DNA of 64,000 bases, taken from NCBI GenBank assembly GCA_002269645.1, contig NIVC01001024.1, forward strand, positions 248,001-312,000, written 5' to 3'. This DNA comes from Macrostomum lignano. Lineage: Eukaryota. Made by a program: the position numbers and the translations under genes. Numbering within the stretch: the stretch's first letter is position 1; every line of letters begins with the position of its first letter. The notes under the pieces were generated by a model, which saw only the letters and a program-made list of their open reading frames with translations, was not told where the DNA came from and ran no database searches. Shown here piece by piece: positions 40,780-54,800 of the stretch.

Positions 40780-43501
40780 CCTATCTATCTATGTATGTAT
40801 GTATGTGTATGTATGTGTGTATCTATCTATTCATGAAACTTCTGTGGCAGTGTCTGATGTTGCAGCAATTATTGGAGAGTCTCCACCTGATTTAATTAAT
40901 CATCAACTTTATTGACAAAAAACAATATATCAACACACCGGGTGAATTAAAAATATATATACACAAATATGCATATGAAAAAACTGTATACCAAAAATCC
41001 TTATCTTCGAAACAAACTATAATAACACACCATCTTAAAACTGATTTTTTAAACAAACATGCAATGAAAAGAGAATGTGAAACGTGTTATTGAATATTTT
41101 ATCTTCATCCTTTGACAGACTAGATCATTTCCAATTCTGCACATTCCGCTGAAACCCTCGGTACGTCGGGGTTTGGCCCTCGTGACTGTGAATCGCAGGA
41201 AAACTCCCTCATCGACTAGCCAAAATTTCGTGCTCACAAGCTCCAAATGAATGTTCGACTCCCGATCCCACTCGGAACAATTTGTGTCCTTGAGCAAGAC
41301 ACTTAACTCTGCATTGCTTCAGTTCACCCAGCTGTAAAATGGGTGCCAGCATTAGCTGGGGTAATTGAGGGTGTGTGTGGCGACCCCTCAGGCAGTAGCT
41401 GCGGCTGAGCTGCCGGTTGCACATCTGCCCATTAGGGCAGGTGTAATAAAAAAGTCTAAACAAAGATTAAATCACACCATCATTATGAAAATGAAATTAT
41501 AAACCGACAATAACGCACACAAATAACCCCAATGACCATAAATCAGGCAACATGACAACTCAATAACATGAAATTAATAAATTAGAAACCTTGGAGAATA
41601 TTCGAATAGTTCGTTCTTGAGGCGCAAATCGAACGTGCTGTTGCTGCTGCTGCTGAAATTTCTGTTGCCCCCTGATAGCTGACAGAGCAAACCTGTTGCC
41701 TCCGCTACTACTAGAACTACTATGAGTAGGAGCAGCGGGTATCGCAGCTTTACTGGTTGACAACTGGTTAGCAACCAAGCTAGACGAAGGGAAACTACTA
41801 TACAGACTGGATACCCTAGCAACTGGAGCACTGGATCCGGTTGCTAGGGACTTTTTCTCAGCAGCTTTGTGAGCTGGGAGACTGTAGCTCTTGCCGGACT
41901 GTTGACCGCTGCTATGAGTAGCTGCTTCCTCCTCTAGTTGGGAGAATTTCTTTACAAGATCCCTCACTGACACGGAAGTCAGGGATCTGTTGTTGTTTGA
42001 AAGGAGTTTTGGAACGCGAATCTCATGTAGTAAGGCACACGCATACTACTAAGTAGTAATATTGGCATACACAATAGGTAACAATAGTTTAAAAATTCAA
42101 GATAGACATTTCAGAACTTTAAAGGCATTTTAACAAAATAATTTTCATTGAAACATTACCAACTTTGAAGAGTTTAATAAGTCAAAATAAAAGTCTATTA
42201 AATCTCAAGAGTATTTGAGAAGATTAGAAAATCGATAATCTCTAATGGGGTGGAGGGGAAAATTAGAAAATCGATAATGGGGTGGTATGGCAGATTAGAA
42301 AATCGATAGTCTTTAATGGGGTGGTGGGGCAGATTAGAAAGTCGATAATCTTTAAAGGGGTGGTGGGGCAGATTAGAAAATCGATAATGATTGATGGGGT
42401 GGTGGGGCAGATTAGAAAATCGATAATCTCTAATGGGGTGGTGGGGCAGATTAGAAAATCGATAATCTCTAATGGGGTGGTGGGGCAGATTAGAAAATCG
42501 ATAATCTCTGCTGGGGTGGTGGGGCATATTAGAAAATCGATAATCATTGATGGGGTGGTGGGGCAGATTAGAAAATCGATAATCTCTGCTGGGGTGGTGG
42601 GGCAGATTAGAAAATCGATAATCTCTGCTGGGGTGGTGGGGCATATTAGAAAATCGATAATCATTGATGGGGTGGTGGGGCAGATTAGAAAATCGATAAT
42701 CTCTGCTGGGGTGGTGGGGCAGATTAGAAAATCGATAATCATTGATGGGGTGGTGGGGCAGATTAGATAATCGATAATCATTGATGGAGTGGTGGGGCAG
42801 ATGATAAAATCGATAATCATTGATGGGGCGGTAGGCTGACTAAAAAGACGATTGTCATTAGTGAGGCGGTGGAGCAAATTAAAAAAATCGATAACCTCGA
42901 ACACATGGACACTGCAAGACAGATAGCTCTAATACCAAATTTTGTGCAAGTCACTCACCTTGTGATCTTCAACTCGTGATGGAACTTTCTGTACGGACTG
43001 TCCCAGGCCGGTGCCGGGCTGCGATGGATGCTGGAAAAATCAGCGTATAATATAATAAACAGATGTGCAAATTAACACATTAAAGCATTTACATTGTAGG
43101 AGACTTCGAAATCAATGCGTGCAATTTTAATTAATTTGTGTAGCAAGTCGTGAAATGCAATTTACAAAAATGCATTCCTAGAACAATGATCATTGAAGGA
43201 AGCAGTACAACACAGAGTTGTGCTTGTACTCCGCCCTGCGCAGGGCCCTGCTTGGACTCAACCGCAGGGACATCAGGGCGGTGACCATGGCCCTCCCAGG
43301 TCATGTCTGTTTTGCCAGGCATCGGTCGGCCCAAACCTGGACCTCTTCGACGTTTTAAGGCTCTAGAACCTCTGCCAGCTCGTCCGCTACCTAAGGGCTA
43401 CCGGGCGAGCGACAATTCACCTCCTGGACTCTCCGGAGGGGGACCGCGCTGCGGACACCGCCCCCCCCCCCACTAAAACTCCCTGCGCGACTATCCCTGA
43501 T

Positions 43502-43533
<32 letters not shown>

Positions 43534-43563
43534 TTATCTATCTGTCTATCTATTTGTTTATAC

Positions 43564-43619
<56 letters not shown>

Positions 43620-43620
43620 G

Positions 43621-43679
<59 letters not shown>

Positions 43680-43712
43680 GTCTATCTATCTATCTATATA
43701 TCTATCTATCTG

Positions 43713-43743
<31 letters not shown>

Positions 43744-43744
43744 G

Positions 43745-43783
<39 letters not shown>

Positions 43784-43796
43784 GTCTGTCTATCTC

Positions 43797-43875
<79 letters not shown>

Positions 43876-43878
43876 CAG

Positions 43879-43927
<49 letters not shown>

Positions 43928-43928
43928 C

Positions 43929-43983
<55 letters not shown>

Positions 43984-43986
43984 CAG

Positions 43987-44021
<35 letters not shown>

Positions 44022-47000
44022 GTATCTGTCTCAGTGTCTGTCTGTCTGTCTGTCTGTCTGTCTGCCCATGTATCTCTGGACTGTATGTAAGTACACACTC
44101 TGTCCCTCAGGAATCGGGCTAATACGTTTTTGTGAATTTTATTGCAAAAGCGCTAAAAAAATGAATGATTGATTTTAATACAATGTTAGTCGTGAATTAT
44201 CCATTTTCGACAATACAACAGGGTGTTTGGTTAATTGAAGATTTACAACATACAATACAAGCGTGCACAGCTACTGACAGACAGTAGCAAGCGGCAGGCA
44301 CTGACTTATCGTAAATGATTCGTCCAGCCTCGGAGGCCAGCAGAATTCGTTGAATTTCCGCCCTGATCTCGCTTGAATTCAAATATTATAATTGATGGAG
44401 TATTCACAGCAATAGTGAATAAATTAGGTGAGCAGAGTGAGTGATATAATTATGATTGTAAACGTTCACACATTATTTTTAAGAAAACGTGATCAGTTAG
44501 GTAATAAAATAAAAAGTTTAGGCCTATGTAAAGGAAATATTTTTTATCAAGATGCACTGAAAAATATGGAATTGCTAAGATGCTAAGACGCACAGGGGGA
44601 ATTGCTGGGATGCCAAGACTCACATGGGGAATTTCTGAAATGCCAAGGGCTTCAGGGGGAATTTCTGGGATGCCAAGACTCACAGGGGGAATCGCTGGGA
44701 TGCCAAGGCTCACAGGGGGAATTGCTGAGATGCCAAGACTAACAGGGGGAATTGCTGGGATGCCAAGACTCACAGGGGGAATCGCTGGGATGCCAAGACT
44801 CAGGGGGAATCGCTGGGATGCCAAGACTCACAGGGGGAATCGCTGGGATGCCAAGACTCACAGGGGGAATCGCTGGGATGCCAAGGCTCGCAGGGGGAAT
44901 TGCTGGGATGCCAAGACTCACAGGGGGAATCGCTGGGATGCCAAGACTCACAGGGGGAATTGCTGGGATGCCAAGACTCACAGGGGGAATCGCTGGGATG
45001 CCAAGACTCACAGGGGGAATCGCTGGGATGCCAAGACTCACAGGGGGAATCGCTGGGATGCCAAGACTCACAGGGGGAATCGCTGGGATGCCAAGACTCA
45101 CAGGGGGAATCGCTGGGATGCCAAGACTCACAGGGGGAATCGCTGGGATGCCAAGACTCACAGGGGGAATCGCTGGGATGCCAAGGCTCACAGGGGGAAT
45201 TGCTGGGATGCCAAGACTCACAGGGGGAATCGCTGGGATGCCAAGGCTCACAGGGGGAATTGCTGGGATGCCAAGACTCACAGGGGGAATCGCTGGGATG
45301 CCAAGACTCACAGGGGGAATCGCTGGGATGCCAAGACTCACAGGGGGAATCGCTGGGATGCCAAGACTCACAGGGGGAATCGCTGGGATGCCAAGGCTCA
45401 CAGGGGGAATTGCTGGGATGCCAAGACTCACAGGGGGAATCGCTGGGATGCCAAGACTCACAGGGGGAATCGCTGGGATGCCAAGGCTCACAGGGGGAAT
45501 TGCTGGGATGCCAAGACTCACAGGGGGAATCGCTGGGATGCCAAGACTCACAGGGGGAATTGCTGGGATGCCAAGACTCACAGGGGGAATCGCTGGGATG
45601 CCAAGACTCACAGGGGGAATCGCTGGGATGCCAAGACTCACAGGGGGAATCGCTGGGATGCCAAGACTCACAGGGGGAATCGCTGTGATGCCAAGACTCA
45701 CAGGGGGAATCGCTGGGATGCCAAGACTCACAGGGGGAATCGCTGGGATGCCAAGACTCACAGGGGGAATCGCTGGGATGCCAAGACTCACAGGGGGAAT
45801 CGCTGGGATGCCAAGACTCACAGGGGGAATCGCTGTGATGCCAAGGCTCACAGGGGGAATTGCTGAGATGCCATGAGATACCAAGGCTCCCAAATGTGGT
45901 TGCTGATATCTTAGGCTTGTTAGCTGGCTATAGGGCAATACTATTAGTCTAGCAACTCAAAGCGGATCGTTAATGATTTCTACAAAAAAATCTGTTAACA
46001 CAACCAAAGCACTCACTTCTGTTTAGCCTGCTCCGAGACTCTATCGTAATAGGCCAGATGTTGCGGGTTGTTCACCGGAACAACGCGGCTAGATGGAGCT
46101 CCGACTGCCGTTGTTCTGCCCGAAGGCTGCCGCTGCTGCTGCTGCTGAACAGGAGGCTGTCTGTTGCTACTAACAACCGGAGGAGCAGTTACAGACGCCG
46201 CGGCCATAGCCTGAGCCCGTTCAACCATGCTCGAAGGTGGCGGGCCAGTCTCAAACTGATGCGCCCCAATCTGAGCATAGTAGGCTGACAATTCGGGCGA
46301 GATCAGACGCAATGGACCTGTTAGCAGGCTGTTGCTAGGCACGCCAACTCCGTTGCTAGCCACGCCGCCGCTGTGAGGATATCGAGGCGACTGATGATGA
46401 GTCTGTGGCTGTTGGGAATATGGCTGATTCTGATGATGCTTCATCATCATCGACTGTTGAGGCTGAGGTTGCTGCTGTTGTTGTTGCTGTTGGCGAAACA
46501 GCCGGTCGCGTTTTATCTTCCTGTACCGCTGACGTGCCAGGTGCCCTCTGGCCAGGCTCTGCAAGCCAATCACAAGTCGGCGACGTCTGCGCAGTTCTAC
46601 CTTGGCGCGCCACACCTGCGGGGGAGGGTGTAGAGGAGGGTAAAGCGGGAGTTAGTTTATCCCACATCTGGAATCTTACACATGGAATGTAGTTTAGATC
46701 TGGAATCTCATTATGAAATCAATACTCGTATCCATAAACAAAAAATAGTCAGGGAAATCAGATCAGGAATCTCACCCTTAAAAACCTAAAGTCAAACTGA
46801 GAATCTCACCCTTCAAAAATTAAAATTAGACTGAGAATGAGAATCTCACCCTTAGAAAACTAAAATCAGACTGAGAATCTCACCCTTAGAAAATCAAAAT
46901 CAGACTGAGAATCTCACCCTTAGAGATTCAAAATCAGACTGAGACTCTCACCCTTAGAAAACGAAAATCAGACGGGGAATCTCACCCTTAGAAACCCAAA

Positions 47001-50000
47001 ATCAGACTGAGAATCTTACCTCTAGAAACCCCAAATTCTGACTGAGAATCTTACCCTTGAAAACCCAAAATCAGACTGAGAATCTCAGCCTTAGAGATTC
47101 AAAATCAGACTGAGACTCTCACCCTTAGAAAACGAAAATCAGACGGGGAATCTCACCCTTAGAAACCCAAAATCAGACTGAGAATCTCACCCTAAGGAAC
47201 CCAAAATTGGACTGAGAATCTCACCCTTAGAAAACCAAAATCAGACTGAGAATCTTACCTCTAGAAACCCCAAATTCTGACTGAGAATCTTACCCTTGAG
47301 AACCCAAAATCAGACTGAGAATCTCACCCTTAGAGATTCAAAATCAAACTGAGACTCACCCTTAGAAAACCAAAATCAGACTGAGAATCTCACCCTTAGA
47401 GATTCAAAATCAGACTGAGAATCTCACCCTTAGAAAACCAAAATCAGACTGAGAATCTCACCCTTAGAAAACCAAAAATCAGACTGAGAATCTCGATCAC
47501 CCTTAGAAACCCAAAATCAGACTGAGAATCTCACCCGTAGGAACCCAAAATCAGACGGGGAATCTATTAGATGTAGAAACTAAAAAACTGAAACTAAAAC
47601 AAAATGAACAGTTACAAAAACCAAAACTTACACAGCTGCTATCGAGTGAAGTTCAATAATTAGTTTTAAAAATACACAACGTTATTTGATATTTTAAGGT
47701 AAATTTTAAATGAAAGAGAAATCAAGAAAGAAAAACTTTCTCGCAAAAAAACAACAAGTCGAGCCTAGTTCTTAGCTGGGCGTTGAACCTAAATCTAGTA
47801 ACTAAACCACGGAGACTGAAATAGCAGCTCAAGACTTTTATAGGCTAGTTAAGTTTGGTGTATGAGTGCACACAATAGAGCCTGAGAATGTGTATTTTTT
47901 ACTCTAAAGAGCAAAAAGAGAAGCTGCATTGCAGACAGGCAGACTAGGGCTGCGGAGAAGTTGCCCTATCCACGCCTGCTCTCAAGGCTTTTGAATAGAC
48001 AGAAAAACACACCTATCTAAGAGAAGAGAAGAGCAAATTCAGCTTTTAGAAGCAAAATGCTGCGTACACTTGCCGCTTTTTCATAGGCTATTCATTTTGG
48101 AGACATTTTTAGAGGCTTTTTAAAATATAGCCAGATATTCTTTGAGCTCTGCACTCCGCCTACACTAAGGGCGATAATTTGACAAAGCAAATGACTCAAA
48201 TTATTAAATACAGCTAAACTAACCGTGGCAGATTACTTAAACTTCACAGACCGTGATGAAATCTACTGACCCATCAAAACTGGACCCACCCTGACCCATT
48301 AGAACTTGACCCACCCTGATCCATTGAAACTGGACCCACCATGACCCATTAGAACTGGACCCACCTGACCCATTAGGACTGACTCAAAGCATCAACAAGG
48401 AGGCACATCTCACCTTAACCACCCGCCTAGCAGCCATCAGAGACCAGCGCATTTGTCTCAGGCGTCGCATTGCCAGCCACCTGCGCGCGGCAGCCTGACA
48501 GCGGGTCACAGCAGCCAGCAGATGCGCCCTCCGCCGAATTAACAGCTCAACATGATAATATTTGAGGAACACCTTGTGCCGACCAACTAGCCAGCCGGTG
48601 AGACCGAGCTTCTTGAGCACAGTTCGGCACAGGTCCATAGCCGCTTGGCCGGCGGAGGCGCCCCGACTCACTGGGGAGAAACCCAGCACCAGAGGCCCGT
48701 ATTCGGCTAGGAATTCGCGGAAGCTCAGCCGATGCGAGTAGCCTTGGCGACGGATCTCAACGGTTTCGAGTACGCCCGTGTAGCGGAGCTGCTCCAGAAC
48801 CTGGGCGAGGGAGGTTTAGAGCGATTCTTAGGGTAGGTTTAGGGCGATTCTCAGAGGTAGGTTTAGGGCGATTCTTAGGTGTGCTTTAGAGCGATTCTTA
48901 GGGAAGGTTTAGAGCGATTCTTAGGGGAGGTTTAGAGCGATTCTTAGGGGAGGTTTAGAGCGATTCTTAGGGGAGGTTTAGAGCGTTCTTAGGGAAGGTT
49001 TAGAGCGATTCTTAGGGGAGGTTTAGAGCGATTATTAGGGAAGGTTTAGAGCGATTCTTAGGGAAGGTTTAGAGCGATTCTTAGGGGAGGTTAAGAGCGC
49101 TTCTTAGGGAAGGTTTAGAGCGATTCTTAGGGGAGGTTAAGAGCGCTTCTTAGGGGAGGTTTAGAGCGATTCTTAGGGAAGGTTTAGAGCGATTCTTAGG
49201 GGAGGTTTAGAGCGATTCTTAGGGAAGGTTTAGAGCGATTCTTAGGGGAGGTTTAGAGCGATTCTTAGGGGAGGTTTAGAGCGATTCTTAGGGGAGGTTT
49301 AGAGCGATTCTTAGGGGAGGTTTAGAGCGATTCTTAGGGAAGGTTTAGAGCGATTCTTAGGGAAGGTTTAGAGCGATTCTTAGGGGAAGTTTAGAGCGAT
49401 TCTTAGGGAAGGTTAAGAGCGCTTCTTAGCGGAGGTTTAGAGCGATTCTTAGGGAAGGTTTAGAGCGATTCTTAGGGGAGGTTTAGAGCGATTCTTAGGG
49501 GAGGTTTAGAGCGATTCTTAGGGAAGGTTTAGAGCGATTATTAGGGGAGGTTAAGAGCGAGTCTTAGGGAAGGTTAAGAGCGCTTCTTAGGGGAGGTTTA
49601 GAGCGATTCTTAGGGAAGGTTTAGAGCGATTCTTAGGGGAGGTTTAGAGCGATTCTTAGGGGAGGTTTAGAGCGATTCTTAGGGAAGGTTTAGAGCGATT
49701 CTTAGGGGAGGTTTAGAGCGATTCTTATGGGAGGTTAAGAGCGATTCTTAGGGGAGGTTTAGAGCGATTCTTAGGGGAGGTTTAGGGCGATTCTTAGAAG
49801 AGTTTTTGGCGACTGTTAGGAGGCTTAGTGGGATTCTGAGGGTAGGTTTAGAGCAATTCTTAGTGGAGGTTTAAAGCGATTCTTAGGTGTGCCTAAGGGC
49901 GGTAGCAGGAGGAATTTATTCCTTTATACAATCTACTCAAAGAGCCGTAGAAGAGCAGCCAATCCAGACCTTATCAGGCTCGATGCGATCCGGCCGACCT

Positions 50001-51729
50001 TCCCGATTCGGCCTGAGGCAACGCACGAAGTGGGGCTCCGCAGACAGCAGCCGATTCAACAAGTCGTGCAGCGAAGCTCGAAAATAAGCGGCCAGAGTTT
50101 GGCCGGTGATTCGCGACCCGGCAACACTGCTGCCGCCGCTGCTCAGTTTGTGCAGCCCGGCACTGCTCAACGGAGTCACCAGAGTCGAGCCTGAGCTGCC
50201 TGGTCTTCCCAGGGACACCGCAGCCGATGAGTTGCCGCCACCGCTGACGCCGCCAGGTCCGACATTTTGAGCAAACAAAGACCTCAACAAAGCCAGATTG
50301 GAGCCGCGCAATAGGGCGGCAATTTCAACTGGCAATCGGTCTTTGTTCTTGCTTAGGAAGCTTTGAGTAGAATAGGTCACGTGACCGGCATAGTGGCGCA
50401 CGGTGAAGGCCAAGTCTGTAGCGCTCTTAGGCTGCTGATACAGCCTGGGGTATTTCTCGGCCGCATGCTTGTGCAGTTTCTCTGTCAGGCTGAGGTCCGA
50501 AGCCTTTGGGAAGCTGCATTCTTCATCTAGCAGAGCCAGTAGGCCGTAGGGCCGGCCAAGCAGCAGGTCCAGGACTGGCTTGTTGTCGTACACCTGCGAA
50601 TTGTGGGTCAGATGGGTTTTTTATTGATAGGGTGAGAGATCTGTCTCTAAAAGTGCTGCGTGTAGGGATGAGATCTTGTAATCTAGTAAAAGATTAGATT
50701 CTAGAGAGAGTAGAAATTCACATTTAAGGTGAGATTAGACATCTAGGGTAAGATCAGAGATCTAGGGTGAGATGAAAGATCTATGGTGAGATTGAGGATC
50801 AGGGTGAGGTTAGAGATCTATATGGTAAGATAAGAGATCTAAGGTAAGAGTGGGGATCTAGGGTGAGATTAGAGATCTATGGTGAGAGTGGGGATCTAGG
50901 GTGAGATTAGAGATTTAGGGTGAGATTGGGGATCTAGGGTGAGATTAGAGATTTAGGGTGAGATTGGGGATCTAGGGTGAGAATAGAGATCTAGGTTGCA
51001 ATGAGAGATCTAGGCTGAGGTTACATATCAATAAAGTTTCTCATAAAGTTTCACATTACAAGTACATCATCAAAGCATGGACTCGCTCACCTGTACATTA
51101 ACATTGATCCCCTCCTGCTCCAGTTCATGCCGTTCCCAGTTAAACACGTGTTGTATAAAAAAATAATGCAACTGCTCATTAGCGGTATTAATGCACAGCT
51201 GTTCAAAACTGTTGAAACTCAAATTCTCGAAGCCGAATATGTCCAGGATGCCGATGGAGGACACGGCGGAGGCTGTCGAGCCAGACGCTGAAGCAGCGGG
51301 AGCCAGCAAGTCGTTGGTTCGCTGTACAATCCAGGAGAATAGCTTGTCATAAACAGCCTTAGCCATGGCATCCCTGCTGGCCCTCGCATCTGCCGGGCTG
51401 TGGAACTTTTGAATCGACTCGCCTCTGGCCACCAGCGACGTCTTCGTGAGGGCGTCGGCGAGGTCAGCTGAGGACACGCCAAGGAGATCCGCTGCCGCGC
51501 TGGCCGCCTCCGGGTTGGCCACTTTGGACGAGTCCGTGGCGATGTCGGCGTTGGAGCGCTGGACGTGATCGTTGAAGCGGAGATTTCCTAGAAACAGAAT
51601 GCCGGACAGAAGGCGGAACACGGAGGACACTTCGGTTTCGGCGAAGCCCAGGTCTAGGAAGCCGCGACGCACGGCTGAGAGGTGAGCTCTGCAGTGGGGA
51701 GATGGGTTTTCAGTGGAGTTGACTGTAGC

Positions 51730-51820
<91 letters not shown>

Positions 51821-54800
51821 TAGTCTGTCTGTCTGTTTTGTCTGTCTCTTAGTCTGTCTTAGTGTCTTTCTGTCTATCTGTCCATCTGCCTGCCTCAGTG
51901 TCTGATTGTCAGTCACACAGACCAGCGCACACCCCAGCTCACCTGTGCACGGCAGCCCTGCCGAGTCCGGAGCAAAGGTGGCGTGCAGATACCTGAAATC
52001 GGTCTGCCTGGCCAGCAGGGTTGCGTGCTCGTGCGAGTCGCCGTGAGCCAAGTGATAGAAAATGTGGAAATTCCTCTCCCCCTTGCTCTGATAGACCACC
52101 CGGGCCTTCTCCAGCAGGAAATGGGCCAGCCTGGCGCCACGAATGCATCCGGTAGGCGAGACAAGCAGCTCCAGATATTTTCCGAATCGACTGCTGTTCT
52201 CATTTAGCACAGTGGAAGCGTTGCCGAACGCTTCTAATAGTGGGTTTACCTGCGAGTTGTTTGTATTTTTTCAAATGTAGAACGCTGTGGATGCGCAAAT
52301 TACTCTACTTATACCAGTAGCGTGATGCATGAAGTGGACGATTTTTATAGCTGCCATAGGATAGGTTGTATTGGTGGGTAGGTAGGTAGACTTCCTACCT
52401 AGGTAGGTAGGAAGGTCAAAAAGTAGGTAGGTAGGTAGACTTTTAGGTAGGCAGGTAGGTAGATATGTAGGTAGGTAGACTTTTAGGTAGGCAGGTAGGT
52501 AGATATGTAGGTAGGTAGACTGGTAGGAAGGTAGATAAGTAGGTAGGTAGACTTTTAGGTAGGCAGGTAGGTAGATATGTAGGTAGGTAGACTTTTAGGT
52601 AGGCAGGTAAGTAGATATGTAGGTAGGTAGACTTTTAGGTAGGCAGGTAGCTAGGTAGATAGGTTGATAGGTAGCTATAGTAGGTAGGTAGGTAGACTAG
52701 TAGTTATGTAGGTAGGTAGATAGACTGGTAGGTAGGTAGGCAGGTAGGCAGGTAGTTAGGTAGGTAGGTAGGTGGAAAGGTAGTTAGGCAGGTAGGGAGG
52801 GACGGAGGAGGCACTAGGCAGGCACAGATGTCTATGGCTATTCTACCCTATATCTGCCAATCTATCTGCGGGATTGGTTAGACAGGCAGAAAGGCAATAT
52901 GTACGCAATAAGTAGGTATTTATTCGGCAAAAAATCGATAATAAAGCCAGACCCCCTCACCTGCAACAGCCGCTCCATCAGAGCCGGCTGCTCTGTGCTG
53001 CTCAATCTGACCACCTGCCTGAGCAGCAGATCAGCTGTACAGGTCTTCCCCGCGCCAGACTCGCCCGAGATCACCACGCATTGGCCGCGAGCTCCAGCGC
53101 ACTGTCGCAGCCGTTGAAGGCATTCGTCAGCTACGGCGAACACGTGCGGCGGATTGTCTGCCTTGGCAGCGTCGCGATAGCGCTCGGCAACCGCGTCGGA
53201 GTAGATTGGCAGCTGCTTGAACGGATTGATGGCTAGCAGAATGTCGCCCAAGTAGGTGTACACCATGTCGGATGAGTAGCGCTCGGACAACTGCTGCAGG
53301 ATGCCGTCCTCTGTCAGGTGCGACAGTTGGGCCAGGTCGTCCCAGCGGGTCTGCGCCAGCAGGCGGCGACTCTTGCGGCCTCCGCCACCTGCGCCTAGAG
53401 CGGGTAGGCGGGTAGATAGATAGGTAGGCGGGTAGGTAAATGGGTAGGTGGGTAGGTAGATGGGTAGGTGGGTAGGTAGATGGGTAGGTGGTTATGTAGA
53501 TGAGTAGGTAGATGGGTAGGTGGGTAGGTAGATGGGTAGGTGGGTAGGTAAATGGGTAGGTGGGTAGGTAGATGGGTAGGTGGGTAGGTAGATGGGTAGG
53601 TGGGTAGGTAGATGAGTAGGTGGGAATGTGGGTAGTTAGGCATGCACTGTAGGTAGGTGAGTTGTGAGTGATTAGCTAGGTTATTACTTATACGAGCTAG
53701 ATTTAGCTATTTAGACACACGGGTAGAAGGTAGTAGGTTGCAGGGTCGCTTAGATAAGATATAAATGATGTCTTAAAAGATGACGACCTATTTATATATG
53801 TCGCTAAATACATAGCTACTCCCGCCGTTTACCCAGGCGCAATACTCGTACACTACACCACTAACCTTTGCCGGCGCCCACAGGCCCAGCCGCAGCCGAC
53901 GCCGCCACAACTCCAGCCGGGGACTGGCCGCTGCCGCCAGCCTCCCAGGCTGTCTTATCGGCAATCAGTTTGCGAATCATCGCCACAGGGTCCTGGCCGG
54001 TGGTGGACGCGCCACCTTGGCTAGCCAGGAACAGGTGAGACCGGAGCTCAGAAGCAGCTGGCCTGATCTCGTAGTCTTTCACCAGGCATTTGGCGATAAA
54101 ATCGCGCAGCAGTGCCGTGTATCGTTCTGGACGACGCAATGTCGGTGGCGGGTCACTTGGGATTCGAAACAGGGCCTTGATAGGCGGCAGTTCGGCTAAT
54201 GGAGGCTGGCCCTCGCAGAGTTCGATCACAGAGATGCCCAGACTCCACACGTCGCAGCGATTGTCGTAGCTGGTATTGGGGGAATTTTTATTTTTGGATT
54301 TCTGATTCTTTATAAATATAATAGATTGTTGAGTAATAATTAAATAAGTTCCGGTTAGCTATAGTTACAATTTGGGAACTAAGGAATATTTTGAATCCTC
54401 CCTTGTAGCGCTTATCGAAATCTTCTTTGATTGTGGCGCTAAAATCTCCTTTGATTGTAGCGCTAAAATCTCCTTTGATTGTAGCGCTAAAATCTTCATT
54501 GTGGCGCTAAAATCTCCTTTGATTGTAGCGCTAAAATCTCCTTTGATTGTCGCGCTAGAATCTTCTTTGTGGCGCTAAAATCTTCATTGTGGCGCTAAAA
54601 TCTTCCTTGTGTCGCTAAAATCTCCTTTGTAACGCTAAAATCTCCTTTGTAACGCTAAAATCTCCTTTGTAACGCTAAAATCTCCTTTGTAACGCTAAAA
54701 TCTCCTTTGTAACGCTAAAATCTCCTTTGTAACGCTAAAATCTCCTTTGTAACGCTAAAATCTCCTTTGTAACGCTAAAATCTCCATTGTGACGCTAAAA

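Noticed and set aside
40868-40885. Alternative last myosin exon VETLQ*
   Set aside because: Its acceptor is weak and A-rich. The exon at 40164-40051 has a better acceptor and a motif-bearing open frame. It cannot be excluded without RNA data.
44580-45938. Long ORFs of 262-428 aa ([10 protein letters not shown] / [10 protein letters not shown])
   Set aside because: They are artefacts of a stop-free 30-bp unit inside a myosin intron, open in several frames on both strands.
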